Of a DNA stretch of 64,000 nucleotides, positions 13,826-26,639 are shown one piece after another. The notes under the pieces are model-generated. The model was given only the letters and a program-made list of their open reading frames with translations. It ran no database searches and was not told the DNA's origin. A program made the translations under genes and the position numbers. Each line of letters starts with the position of its first letter. Within the stretch, counting starts at the first letter, position 1. Source of the DNA: the human T2T-CHM13v2.0 reference genome, Homo sapiens; the NCBI RefSeq assembly GCF_009914755.1, contig NC_060925.1; one strand, given 5' to 3'.

Positions 13826-14390
13826 AACAAGAAAGAGCACCATAGATTTATTTAATCAAAGTTTTACATGACATGAGAGCATTCAGACTTGAAGACCCAG
13901 AGACCTAAAGTAAACTATCCATTTTTATGCTTTAGGTTCAATGAAGCATGGACAGTGTGTAGAAATGTGACGAAAGGGTATGAGCTAATGCTAATAGACA
14001 GTGCAGAAACTTAGCAAGGCTGGATTTTTCTTGGCCTTTCTGTGGAGCATTTTTTTCCTCCTGGATTTAGGGCAGGACCCCTTCTGAAATAGGGGTTTTA
14101 TAACCTCTATCAAACCATGTAGTTCAGAGAATTTCTTTATGGCCAGTTCTTACAAAGAAAGGTAGGCGAAAGTTACAGAAATATTTTTAGATTTATGGCT
14201 GGCTTTGGGGGGAAGGGGTTCTGGTTTCTATGACTGACACTGGTGAAGAGGAATTCTAGTATCTATGGCTAGCCTCAGGGGAGAATGAAGGAAGAGAGAC
14301 AGGAGGGCAGGACAAGGTCAGAGGAAAACTTGGCCTCTAAGGCTGCTTCTGAGGCCTTTACTTTGGGGTATCATTTCCTGAGCCCCAACA
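13826..14390 (-). mobile_element. ERV1 LTR (MER31/MER34/MER67 group)
   Basis: Reverse complement begins tgttggggctcaggaaatgataccccaaag..ggcctcagaagcagcc. Confidence 0.6.
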
Positions 14391-15230
14391 GTAACCATAC
14401 ACAGAAAAAAGTGGGAGGGAGTGGAAGCATAGGAAAGCACATGAAAAGTGTGAAAGTGTAATAGATCAGTAATTCACATATTTAAAGATACTTAAGCGAT
14501 ATCTCTATACAATGTTAACAAGAGACACACCATATAGCAATAGAAGTTAGAACTAAAAGAACAAATCAGCAAATAGTAATAAATCATATAGCATTATTAA
14601 TATGGTATAAAATAAAACCAATGCAGAAAGCTAGATCTTATCACATTTCATAAATTGTATCATTTACCACAATATAAATCTTGAATCTTTAATGGTTTTC
14701 TTTTGAATATACCTTATTTGCTTATTATTTATAATTCTCTTAAATACAGTAAAAAGAAAAAAGCATAATACAAATAAAGCATGGCATACAAGGCCATTAA
14801 ATAGTTCACAGCATGTTTCCCTAAATCTCATTCAGCCTTAAACTTCCACTTGGAGGATACCAACATTCCACTTTAAATGTCTATATTTTAGGACAAGCAT
14901 TCCTCCCCTTCTTTAGGGGTACAGTCTAAAGAAAGGCATGCCCATTTCACCCCCAACAGATCTCTTAGCACCTCAGTCTCTGTGTCTTCATAAAAATTTA
15001 AGATGATTTCAGTTTTTTCCAAGAACAATAGGTAGTTAACTATGATTTCATCTCATATATAGAGTGTGAGCGTATGTGTACACGCACACATACACACACA
15101 CACACAGAGATATATATGTGTTTGAGCTGGACATGAGAAGCTAACAGCATAATTGGGAATGAGGGGAAAGATAGGTTATAGATATTACCTAGACTATTAA
15201 CAAACTTAATAGGAACATTTAACATTTAAT

Positions 15231-15232
<2 letters not shown>

Positions 15233-15262
<30 letters not shown>

Positions 15263-15366
15263 CATATATAATATGTATATATATAAAATATGTATATATG
15301 TATATATATAAAATATGTATATATAATATGTATATATATAGTGTATCACGTATATATCATATATAT
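15233..15366. repeat. (TG)n(TA)n compound microsatellite
   Basis: Directly visible. Confidence 0.9.
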
Positions 15367-17416
15367 GAGATGTTTCTGCTAATGTAATATATATACTCCA
15401 AAAAGAATTATGTTCTAAAATATCTGACACTGAACACAATAGTGTTCCAGAGAAAAATAGGGTTGAGGGCGATCCATCAAAACTTCTGAAACTTTTTATT
15501 CAGAGTACTACCATAAATAATAGCATCTTAAAAATATTCAAGCATAGTTAAAAAAGAAACATGTTAAATCCTAAAAAAAAAAATTATTGAATATAGGACT
15601 TTATCTTTGGGAGAGGAAAAAGAAAGGTAGAACAAGGGAGGACAATAGGGAATGACTAAAGCTGCAAAGTTCTGGAGATGAGGGCAAAATGTATTTCTAA
15701 GAGCACCCGGCCTCACTGAACCATGAGGAAGACTGGAGGTGAATCCAGTACCACGACCTTGACAGCTGCTAAGCAGGCTGAAATGTATATTTGAGGTTCA
15801 GCTGCTGTTGCTTGGCAAAACCTAAGCAGTTATCTGCTGGGGAAAAATTACATATAAGCCAATGTGCCTTCTATGTCAAAATAACATCATTCCTTATTTA
15901 TGAGTCATATTAATCAATTTGCATTAGAGAAACACTTGTTATGGCAAAACAGACTTTATTCATTGTCGTGACAAATGACTGTAACATTATTGCTTTGGAA
16001 AAACACACCCATATAAATTTTCCAAAGCAATAATAAGGCAAAACTGCCAACCACTCCTACAAAGCATAAAATTCAGAAACAAGTAACCAGAATCAAGTAA
16101 TCAGAATAACAAAAACAAGAAATGCTTCTCTTTTCACTATGCATCTTGATAGTCAATAACTTATGACTCATTTAAAAAAGATAGTTCCTAAAAGCTATTA
16201 ATAGCATATGGAGGAAAAAAACTAATGTATACAAAAATGAAATATGAATGAGAACCCATTTTTTATAAAGCTAAATTAATATTATTTAAAGAATTATCTT
16301 CTGCGTGTAGATGAACTAGACACAATTTACCTGGGATAGCTTAAGTTACTATATGTTTTCACTTAAAATATATTGTGGTTTTAATAAATTACATGATAAT
16401 CCTATTTATGAGGGTTTTTTATACTTTACACTATTATAGTCTATTGTTTTTCTTTAAAGTAGTTCAACATAAGTAGTATGTATATGTATGTAAATTATCT
16501 TTAATCTACATCCTAACAGAGGACCTATCAAGATTATTAGTTAGTATATGAAACATCCTAATCAAGAGTCTACACCACAGGTGTACTTAGTTTACACTTG
16601 GCATAGAAATCAGCACTACAGGGGTGCTAGGGCAATTATTTAAATATAAACTAAATGAGAGGGCTTGTTAATTAAATAAAAGTTGATAGAAGTAATTGGT
16701 AAACTGAGCAATGTTCAAGATATATGGTTGTCTAGGAAGATTATACAGGTACCTACATCTTTGCATGAACAAAGTATAAGAATCTGGCAAGCTCAACAAC
16801 CTAGATGTAAAGAAAAAAAATTGGTCTTGTTTTATTCCACAGAAGAGAAGGTGGGGTTGCATGATTTAGCTAGAAAAGATTCACTGCTCCTAACAACATC
16901 ATATTGCTTCCACCTGGAGTGACCTTTTATGGCAAGTGCTTATCAGGATGCCTAAGAGGCCAGAAAGCAAGGACTTTTCCCACTTCCTAGAGCAGGCTTT
17001 ATGATTATTTTTGCACCTGTTTGCTAATAAATGTTTCCATACATACAAGTTCATCCTCAGACTTTTCATTCATCATAACATCATAACAGGTAGTGAGGTG
17101 ACAGACAAGGAGGCACAGTCTCCATGTTTCTAATTGTTACAGGCTACCAACGTTTATCACAAGAACCTCATAACTATGAAAGATTAAATTGGCGTAGGGT
17201 TTTCAACATGAGATTTTTTTTTCAAATAAATATGAAAGTAGAGTTTTTTGTTTTTGCTTGTTTTGCTTCAGTAAAATGAAAAGTAGTAAAATTATATGTC
17301 TGATTCATTTGTATTTTATTTGTTGTGTATTCATAGAGGATGAATTTCATTCTTTTGGACTAGTAAAATAGAAACCACTGATCCAAAATGTCCATAAAAT
17401 TATAGAGGATGAGAAC

Positions 17417-17821
17417 TGTCATAGTTTGAGTTGCTGTAACAGAATACCATAAACTAGATAGATTACATAAATTACTTTCTCACAGAAAAAAAATATTAAA
17501 TTTAAATTTATTTCTTTTAGAAAGAAATGTATTTCTTCCCTAGAGGCTGAGATGTCCAACATCAAGGAGGCGGCAGATTCAGTGTCTGATGAGGGCACAC
17601 TTCCTGGTTTGTAGACAGCCATCTTCTCACTGCATCCTTACATGTCAGAGGGGTAAAAGATCTCTCTGGGGTATCTTTTATAAGGAAACTAATGCCTTTC
17701 ATATGGGCTCTGTGTTCATGACCTAATTGCCACCCAAATGTCCCACCTCCTAATATCATCACATGAAGGAGTAGGTTTTGACATAGCAATTTTGGGGCAC
17801 ATAAACACTCAGCCTATAGCA
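17417..17821 (-). mobile_element. MLT1A/MSTD-type MaLR solo LTR
   Basis: tgctgtaacagaataccataaact...tccaacatcaagg..gcagattcagtgtctgatgaggg...cagcctatagca. Confidence 0.8.
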
Positions 17822-17989
17822 GGAACATAGTAAAAAAAAAAAAAAAAAGGAAAAGAAAAATCAGCCATATTTGGTGGATGAAAGTAAAGTTCATATGTGG
17901 TGAATTACATATTAATCTTAAATTTTACAGACTGTGAGACGGTCATTGTCATTGATAGTAAATTGAAGAAGAGAAACTGTCTTGGGCAG

Positions 17990-18360
17990 TGTCTTAGTCT
18001 GTTCCTGCTGCTATAACAAAATACCTCAGACTGGGTAATTTATAAGGCACAGAAAATTATTTCTCACAGTTCTGGGGGCTGGGAAGTATAAGATATAGGC
18101 ACTGGCAGGTTCAGTATCTAGTGAGGGTCTGGTTACTCTTCCAAGATGGCTGCTTGTTACTGCATCCTCACATGACAGAGGGCAAATGGACAAAATGAGT
18201 GATTTTTCTCTCCCTCAAGCCTTTTATAATGGCACTAGTTCCATTCACACGGGTAGAGTTCTCACTACCTAATCACTTCCTAAAGTCCTGCCTCTTAAAA
18301 ATATTGGGTCTCAGTTCCCAGCATGAATTTTGGAGGAAAACAAAAATTCAAACCAAAGCA
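17990..18360 (-). mobile_element. MST (MSTB/C-like) solo LTR
   Basis: tgtcttagtctgttcctgctgctataacaaaatacctcagactgggtaatttataa...attcaaaccaaagca. Confidence 0.85.
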
Positions 18361-18784
18361 AGAATTCATTTTTGCTATGTTGAATTTAAGTCAATTGTAA
18401 GTTGTTCTGCTGAAAAGTATAATAATTATTAGAGCACAAGTGAGGTCAAAGCTGCATTTTATTAAGCAACTATTACTGAGCCCTTGCATGTGCCAAGAAA
18501 AGGTAAGAAACTGGGTACACAGTGGTGAAAAGACAGATATAGTTCCCACCCTTACAGAGGTTATAATTTGAGATAATAGTCTAGGATAAGCACTTGCTAA
18601 TTACATTTCAAGAATGTGTCAAATGTCACAGAAAAGTCAAGGTAAAAATTAAGACAGAGAATAGCACCAAATTTGGCAATATTAAAGTCTTAAGTGACCT
18701 TAAGAAAGCAATTTCATCAGAATGATGAAAATAGAAACATGATTATAGGTGGTTAAGGAAGGAGTAGAAAAGAGCAGATTAATG

Positions 18785-19117
18785 CAGTCATGGACCACAT
18801 GATAAACATTTCAATCAATGATGGACAGCATATAAATGGTGATTTCATAAGATTATAATATTGTATTTTTACTGTACCTTTTCCATGTTTAGATATGTTT
18901 AGATACACAAATACCATTGTGTTCCAATTGCCTACAGTATTCAGTACAGTAACATGTTGTACAGGTTTGTAGCAATAGTCTATACCATACAGCATAAGTG
19001 TATACTAGGCTACACCATATAGACTTGTGGAAGTACCGCTATGATGTTTGCATAATGATGAAATCGCCTAATGATGCCATTTCTCAGAACATGTCCTTGT
19101 TAAGTGATGCATGACTA
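18785..19117 (+). mobile_element. Tigger3a (MER7A) TcMar non-autonomous element
   Basis: cagtcatg...catgact termini; ttttactgtacctttt..atgtttagatatgtttagatacacaaata core. Confidence 0.9.
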
Positions 19118-19639
19118 TAGATGCATCATTAATGTCCTCAAAAATAAAGAGTTGTTATGAAGGAAATGCTGATTGCTTGTTCTCTTATGTTCATAAAGAA
19201 TAAAATAGGGAAAAACGTTGATTTTAACTAGACCAAGGCAGGCTTTTCATGGCCATGTGAAATAATTAACATAACAGTAGTATTCTCAAAGGCCCATCAT
19301 AAAAGTAGGGAAATGTAGAAATCCTTGTCTTCCAGGTTTGCATAAAGAAAACAGAAGATTGTCCTAAAATGTTCTAAAAATTGTGCAAGACTCAGGATCA
19401 TATATCTCTCAAGCTATTTGGCCTGGATCCAGAGAATGAAGAAGTTAAGGTTTGAGCCCAGATAACAGGGGATAATGGTTCAGTTGGAGAAATAGGGAAA
19501 CCAAAAAAAAGGATTAAGGAGGAGATGCAGAGGAAGGAGTGAATGAGTTGAAGCTGAAAGGCGGAGTTGAGGTGCAGATGGACTATTCATATTGACTCTT
19601 AATAATCAAAGCTTTTCTTTGATTATGTTCTAAGTGCTC

Positions 19640-19860
19640 ACAAATCTTTGCTAATTTTTATTCTGTAGTTTTTCTGAAAATCAGCAACCTCTTCCTAATT
19701 CATTTTCTAAAGTGGTTTTGCAATTCCATCTCCAGGTTTTTTCAGGACTCTGTATATAATTTGTGTGGGCCTGGAGTCTTGAATTCATTTAAAACAACTA
19801 TGTCTCTTTCAATCTTCTCTTCCATCTTGAGCTTTAATTCCCTCTTACTGATTTTTACTT
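19640..19860 (-). mobile_element. L3/CR1 fragment
   Basis: gggcctggagtcttgaattcatttaaa...atcttgagctttaattccctctt resembles the recalled L3 consensus. Confidence 0.5.
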
Positions 19861-20269
19861 TTTTAAAGAGATAGCAAGTTCAGAGTAATTCAGTTTGGCC
19901 TTTACCCCTTGTCATTTAGTTCAAATTAGTAACACTGTAGTGTTTCATTTTAGACTCTATTTTAGTTTGGAAATCAGATTATCAGATAGGATTTTGAATG
20001 GTCCTATTATGGGAGGGTTTACTGTAAAAGACTTTCCGTATAAATTGCAACTTCATGTCATTTAATTATTATTTTAGCTAACAGACTAGGAATGGAGTGT
20101 TTTCACAGCCACTGGTTACCCAATAAATGAGCCAACCTATGGCCCTTTCTGGGTGGGAGAGATCCACTCTGATAGTATCATCCTTGTTTTCTATAATTAA
20201 AAGAATAAAGGCGTCTTATTATAAGAAAACACAAGACGTCTTTGAAATGCCTGACTTCTAATGTTTCTA

Positions 20270-20530
20270 GAAATTCAATCCATTGAGATGCTTTTCTCCA
20301 AATTGAAGAAAAATAGAACTGCTCCCAGACTGAGGTTTTGGTGTGCCAAGTTTCAGCCTACAGTAGATATTTTTGTGGCAAACTTACGAATCTCCGAAAA
20401 TAAGAATACGTGTAGAACTGCTGACACAGATTCGTTTATGGTGCTGCTTCTGGCACTGGTAGAATTTTATCCAAGGGCCAAAGATGGGCCCAAGTTTCTT
20501 GGTCTCAGGGAAAAATAGGCCTAACATTCA
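20270..20530. mobile_element. Probable MER121 ancient conserved repeat
   Basis: Reverse complement reads tgagaccaagaaacttgggcc...ccagtgccagaagcagcaccataaacgaatctgtgtcagcagttctacacg...ggctgaaacttggca, matching my recollection of the MER121 consensus. Confidence 0.65.
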
Positions 20531-21216
20531 AACAAAAAAAGTGCCCTTATTAGTTAATCCAGTTTCTTAACTTATGTGTTAGTAAATTTGCTCATGAATG
20601 CAGTGTTTCCTAAAATCACTTCTAAGTGATTTCTTCTAAACCAACTTTTGCAGGGGTTCCTCCAAAGCCAACTTTTCAAAACAAGACTTTTCAAGGAATT
20701 ATGATATTTTGAAATCATGATATTAAAAAAATCACTAAAGAAATCCAACTTTGCCTGCTTTGTTTAGAAATGGAGTAAAAGTATAGAAACGAAGTAAATG
20801 TCTTAATCGTAACACTGCTGTTTTTTCTCCCTGATTTTCTATTCCTGGGAAAGTAGGTGACTTAGTCCAGAAAATAGCAAATAAGAATTAACATTATGAG
20901 AGTCATACAAGCTTTGATCTGGACAACTTTTTATTTGACCAAATAATTTTAGTACTAAGAAAAGGACCTAAGACTTGGAAATTTCACCCTCTATGAACCA
21001 AAAGAAAAGCATTAAACTACAGGATGCACAAACTTTTAAATTTAAAAATAGAAGTCAGAAGCCTGCATATGATAATTTAATTATAACTCATACAAAGGAC
21101 TTATTTATGCAGAACATTTCATGATTTATAAAATATGAATCTTAATTCATGAAGAAATACACCATTACAAACCTTAATTTGAAGTTACGTTAGATGTCAT
21201 TTAAAATATTGTGCTA

Positions 21217-21712
21217 TATGTCAGTTTTCTATGGCTGTTGTAACAAGTTACCATAAAATACTGTTGTAACAAGTTACCACAAAATGTGGATTAAAAAGCA
21301 CATGATTATTATCCTACAGATCTAGAGATCAGAGGTACAAGATGGGTCTCACCAGGCTAAAATCAAGGTGTCAGCAGGAGTTCATGCCATTCTGGAGGCC
21401 TGGGGGGTCCACTGCTTGCTCTTTCTAGCTTCCGGAAGCTGACCATATTCCTTGGCTCATGGCCCCTTTTTCCATCTTCAAAACCATCAAATGGGTCAAG
21501 TACTTCTCGTATCATATCACTCGGATCTCTTCTGCCTCCCCCTTCTACATTTCAGGACTCTGTGATTATATCACGCCCAGGTGGACAATCTGCCTGTTTT
21601 AAGTTCATCTGATTAGCAATCTTAATTCCATCTGCTACCTCAAAATAACATATTCACAGTTTCCAGAGATTGGAATGTGGACATCTTCGGAAGGCCGTTA
21701 TTCTTTCCATAC
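21217..21712 (-). mobile_element. MLT1D-type solo LTR
   Basis: atgggtctcaccaggctaaaatcaaggtgtcagcagg...ctgattagcaatcttaattccatctgc...taacatattcacag. Confidence 0.85.
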
Positions 21713-23659
21713 AGTTTTTGGTTCACATAAACCAAAGAAAAAATACATTTGTAAGAATTTCCATGACCAAAACTGCCTTTTATCATCCAAATTTTTGCTT
21801 CCATTAGGAATATCTGGGGAGGGAGAATTTTTTAAACCTTCACCTAGAGGATCCTTTGGTAGATTTTCACAGATAGAGCTAAAACTGACTAAGTAAATAC
21901 TGTCATGAAGCTACCAATTGCATTATTAACATGAGTGATTTAGTCATGTAAAGAGAAGACATGTTTACATTGATAGACTTTTTCTGCTGTATATGTTTCC
22001 TGCTTTTCAGAATCTAAGCAGGACTAGATTCTACTCATTTCCTTCCAGAACATTAAATGTCTTTAATTCAACAGACTGCATGAAAATAAAATTAAAATAT
22101 TAATTTTACTAAAATTAAATAAAAATAAAAGTTAAATTTAAATGTTAAATAAAATTAAAATATTAAAATGCAAAATGACACAAAAATATAATAGAGAAAG
22201 AGTCAATAATAACGATTTCTAGCTATAGAAGCTTGGTTTGTACACGTTAAGAAATATTACAAAGCCAGATGAATCCTGAATTTTTTCACTTTATACTTGG
22301 ACTTTGGTTTTTCAGCACTTAGTGTTTATAAGGATTCCAAGCACCAAGAATGACAGGCAGAGCCCCAGATACTCAAAATACTGCCTAAATTCTGCTACAT
22401 CACCTCTGAATCACCCATCTTGCTCAGAGACATTGTTCTCACACTCCCAAGAGGCTCTCTACTTTGAACATCCCTTTTCTCCACCAGCAGGAAAGTTTCC
22501 TTTAAATCTAGGATTTCTTGGCTGCATTGTCTGTCTTAAGAGTAAAGAATTGGATAGAAGTGTTATATAGGTTCCAAAAGCAGAGAAGAAATCACCTATT
22601 TGAAAATTCATCCTATCCTTAACCCTAATGTTAAATGCCATTAATTAGCATTCTAGCTCTCTTATTTGGTTGGTATTAAGAACTTAGATGTTGCTGTAAC
22701 GAGATGCAGGATAAAGTACCTGCCATTTTATATTATACATCACAATACTCCCTTTCATTAAGTCAGGTAATCAATTACTGACTTCTGTTTAGCTTAAAGT
22801 TCTTTAAGTCCTCTGTTACTTGACTTCTGTAGCTTCAAATAGGACTCTTACTTATGATTGCCTCATGAATACATTATAAAGAATGTCACCCATAATTTTA
22901 TGCATCTTGTCCTTATTTTCTATACTGATAAATATATACATTTATAGTATAATTTTAATAATAATAAGAGTGAGTGGAATGCCTAGCTAAGCATGGCTTA
23001 AGTGGTACATGGATTAGAAAAAGTACATAAAAAGCAAATCAGTATCTTATTGTTAAAGGAGATAGAGCCTCATCCTTGAAAAATAGTAAAACTTCCTCTT
23101 TTAGACAAAACTAAAAATAGAAAAGAGAGGGCATTAAGGAGATAGCTGGAACGTGCCACTAGAGCACTCAATATTATACTGCCTCTTCTTTGAAACTTTA
23201 TTCCTTTCTTTATCACCATTTACCTCAGACAGCCAGGTGGACAGAGTAAAACAAACAAACAAACAAAAAACAAAAAAAAAACCCTGTAATTAATTTATGT
23301 TTGAAGACTAGAAAAGCAAGTAAACCAATTCTCTATTGATTTATCATATTTGAAATTCCTACTGGTACTAACTGTCATGTGCACTCAAAAGCCAATTACA
23401 TCCCAAAGGGATGAAGAGAGTCAGGTAAGAACTTTACAAAGGTCCTTTTCTCAATGGTTGTGCTAATGCTGGGACTGGTGCTGCATTCAGGCATAATGTT
23501 GTGCATGAAGTACAAAACCAAGGACAGCAGTTCACAAAGTGTTTGCCTTACAAATTTATTTTAAAAGTGGCTCCCTATTAAAAGGGTCCTGTGGTCAAAA
23601 TATTTAGAAAAGGCTCCATACCATAGCACACTTATAGCACTTACTTCTAATCTACTTAT

Positions 23660-24365
23660 CTGGCAGTCTTACTGTACTAAATGGCAACTCCACTCTTCCT
23701 GTTGCTTAAGCAAAAATCCTTGGAGCTATCTCAAGTCCTTCTCTCATACCCCCATCCAATCCAATGTCAAATACTTCCAATCTATTCTCAAAATATATCC
23801 AAAATGTGGCTAATTCTTTGCTCTAAAATACTGCTACTCTGGTGCAAGCTACAATCATATTTCAACAGTATTATTTCGTAGTCTTCTAATTAGTCTCTTT
23901 GCTTTCACCTTGTGATCTGTTAAAATGTAAGTCAAATAATTTCAATTTACCATTCAGAACCTTCCAGTGTCTTCTAGTTTAACTCAGAGTAATTTCTCAA
24001 ACACTTATTCTGTTCTATATGGTCCTACATGATCTGTTCCTTAGTGACATTTCTGACCATTACTCTTGTTCATTGCATCCATACTGGCCCCAATTTTGTT
24101 TCTCAAACCTGTCAATTATATTCCTAATTCAAAGTCATGGCAAATGTTTTTCTCTCCCCTTGAACACTTTCTGCAGTGAGACGCATGGTTTCTTCCTTGA
24201 CTTTATTCAGGCCTCAGTTTAAATACAATATGATCAGTGAGATCTGCGCAACCAAACCCATAAAAGAAATCATTCACCAACTATATGACCATATCTGTTT
24301 GATCTACTTACTCACTGTTATATCCTTTGTGTTTAAAAGAGTAGAGACTTGATAAATATTTATGA
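23660..24365 (+). mobile_element. L2 3' portion
   Basis: aaatggcaactccactcttcctgttgcttaagc..aaatccttggag..., aaaatgtaagtcaaat..., ending ataaatatttatga. Confidence 0.65.
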
Positions 24366-25628
24366 GTTCAAACAGAAACTTCCAAAAGTAATCCTAAAAT
24401 TTAAAGAATTGGGAAGAAACATAACTCATGTGTTACCAAGCATAATCTGCTAAAGGACTTAATTTTCTATGTGAACAGACAAGAATATTTGCTCAAAAAT
24501 CTAGGAAAACTAGAGAGGAAGAACTTCTTGAGTATGGCAGAATAACTCAGTTATCAAAGCCTCCTCAATCTCTGGGTTTTCATTCCTGCTTCACCATTAA
24601 ACAACTCCCTGGCTTTGGCCAAGTCACCGACAACATTTTTGAGGCTTATTTACCCCATGTTGGTAGCCTACCATCTTCTAGAGAAGCAGAGACAGGCACC
24701 CTGGGGAATAAGCAATGCCACATGAATTTGTTAAGGCACTGTGGCAGGGAGGAGAAGCAGAGGTTTAAAATATAAGCCAGCAATTAGAAAATAAATGTGA
24801 GCATAGTTGTTTATTTCCTGAAGTCAGTGCTTATAAATCATAATACATGTGGAAGAATAAGTTATAAAATAGAAGTATATGTTTATATGTGTTGATGCCA
24901 AGGGGAATATAAAAATATAATTTTACGTAGCTCAACATTTAAATTTAGGAGAGTATCTTCAAACAAGAGGGAATATTTATTAACCTACAAGATGTCTCTT
25001 GGGCCTAAACCAACATTCTCTGGTATGTTTCCTAGTTCAAGTGCATATTAAACCCCTGGAGTTTAGTTCAGCATTGAGTAGACTTCCAAAGTTCTGTGTT
25101 TTCTGTTACTAATTTTAATGAACACTAACGGCTTGTATGCATTTAGTGTTGGAATGCCACACTGTTTTGGGGGTCTGAAGATTCTGACTTCTGAAGACAC
25201 TTATGCCAGAGAATGCTTCCATAATCTCCATATTTTAGCAGAAATATTGCGTAGTACCATTCCTTTGTTTTTGCACACATAAAGTCATCAGAGTGGCTCT
25301 TAGACACAAAATAAAACTCAGAGCACTGCTGAGCCAAAGGCAGAATAAAAGGTCAACAATCAAGAATGATCCTAACCTCAATATTTCAAAAATGGATATT
25401 CTACAAGTACACAGTATGTTATTTGCTTTTTAGTAAAGAAAACATTCTGAAAAAACAACTCAGCTATTCTTAGAATTCTGGCCCAAAAAGCTGGATCTTA
25501 AAATGCATTTTGTAGTAGAAAACAGGAATAATTGCTAGAAAAGTGACATCTAAAAATGTTACAAATTGAATTTCAAAGCCTCTAGCAGCCAGAGGTCCCA
25601 GATACATTCTTGGTATCCTCCAACTTTA

Positions 25629-25671
<43 letters not shown>

Positions 25672-26030
25672 ATATATATATAGTGTATATATATACTATA
25701 TATACACTATATATATAGTATATATATAGTATATATATAGTATATATAGTATATATATATTGTGTATATAGTATATATATATTGTGTATATATAGTATAT
25801 ATATTGTATATATAGTATATATATTGTGTATATATAGTATATATATAGTATATATAGTATATATAGTATATATATAGTATATATATACTATATATATAGT
25901 ATATATATATTGTATATATATACACACACACACACCCCATACCATAGATCTGTAACACACATACACACACACACACACCATAGACAGAGACACACCCAGA
26001 CACACACACCATACCACAGATCTGTAACAT
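25629..26030. repeat. Compound microsatellite (CT)n - G-interrupted (TA)n - (CA)n
   Basis: Directly visible; source of the Y/I/T-rich ORFs. Confidence 0.95.
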
Positions 26031-26221
26031 ATAATTATCGTTCTTTCTACCTCACAAAAATTGGCAAAGTTTAATGAAAATCAATGCAAGGCATTTTGAA
26101 AATGATTCAACACTATACAGATGCAAACTATTATCATCCTCCTGTGCTGTGTCAGTTTCAGCATCATTACCAAGAGAAAGGGCACATTTGAGTTGAATTA
26201 GTTAGATGTTTTTTTATGAAC

Positions 26222-26530
26222 AGAAATCACAGAATCTTAGTGCTAGAAGCTAATTCAAATATCATTTTATCTAACCTTCAACCCATTTAAGGAATTGTCC
26301 TCTACTACTTCTCTGACAAAGGTCACTCAACCTCAGCTTAAATAATTCCAGTGATGGGCAATTTGGTGTTTTTTTAAGACCATTTATCCCATTAATGGAA
26401 ATACAAATTTTCTTCTTATATTGAATTTTAAAAATCTTCTCCAAAATTTCTGCTATAATCAGACACACAGCTTAGAAACATTTCTCCCTCTTCTATCTAG
26501 CAGTGCTTCAAATATTTTATAAAATTTGTT
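26222..26530 (-). mobile_element. L3/CR1 3' end
   Basis: aatcacagaatcttag...ctgacaaaggtcactcaacctcagcttaaataattccagtgatggg resembles the inverted L3 tail. Confidence 0.55.
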
Positions 26531-26639
26531 ATGCCTCATCTTTTATATTTATTCAGCAATGCTATGTTGAAGCACTGGGCTAAGCGTCAAGAATTAAGGC
26601 CTAATCAGAGCTAATGCCTGTCCTCAAGTAGTGTGCAAG

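Noticed and set aside
21235-21286. 26-bp tandem duplication in MLT1D (also a 28-bp one at 33822-33877)
   Set aside because: Ordinary slippage duplications in dead repeats
25670-26030. Y/I/T-rich ORFs (also 15206-15439)
   Set aside because: Translations of (TA)n/(CA)n microsatellites
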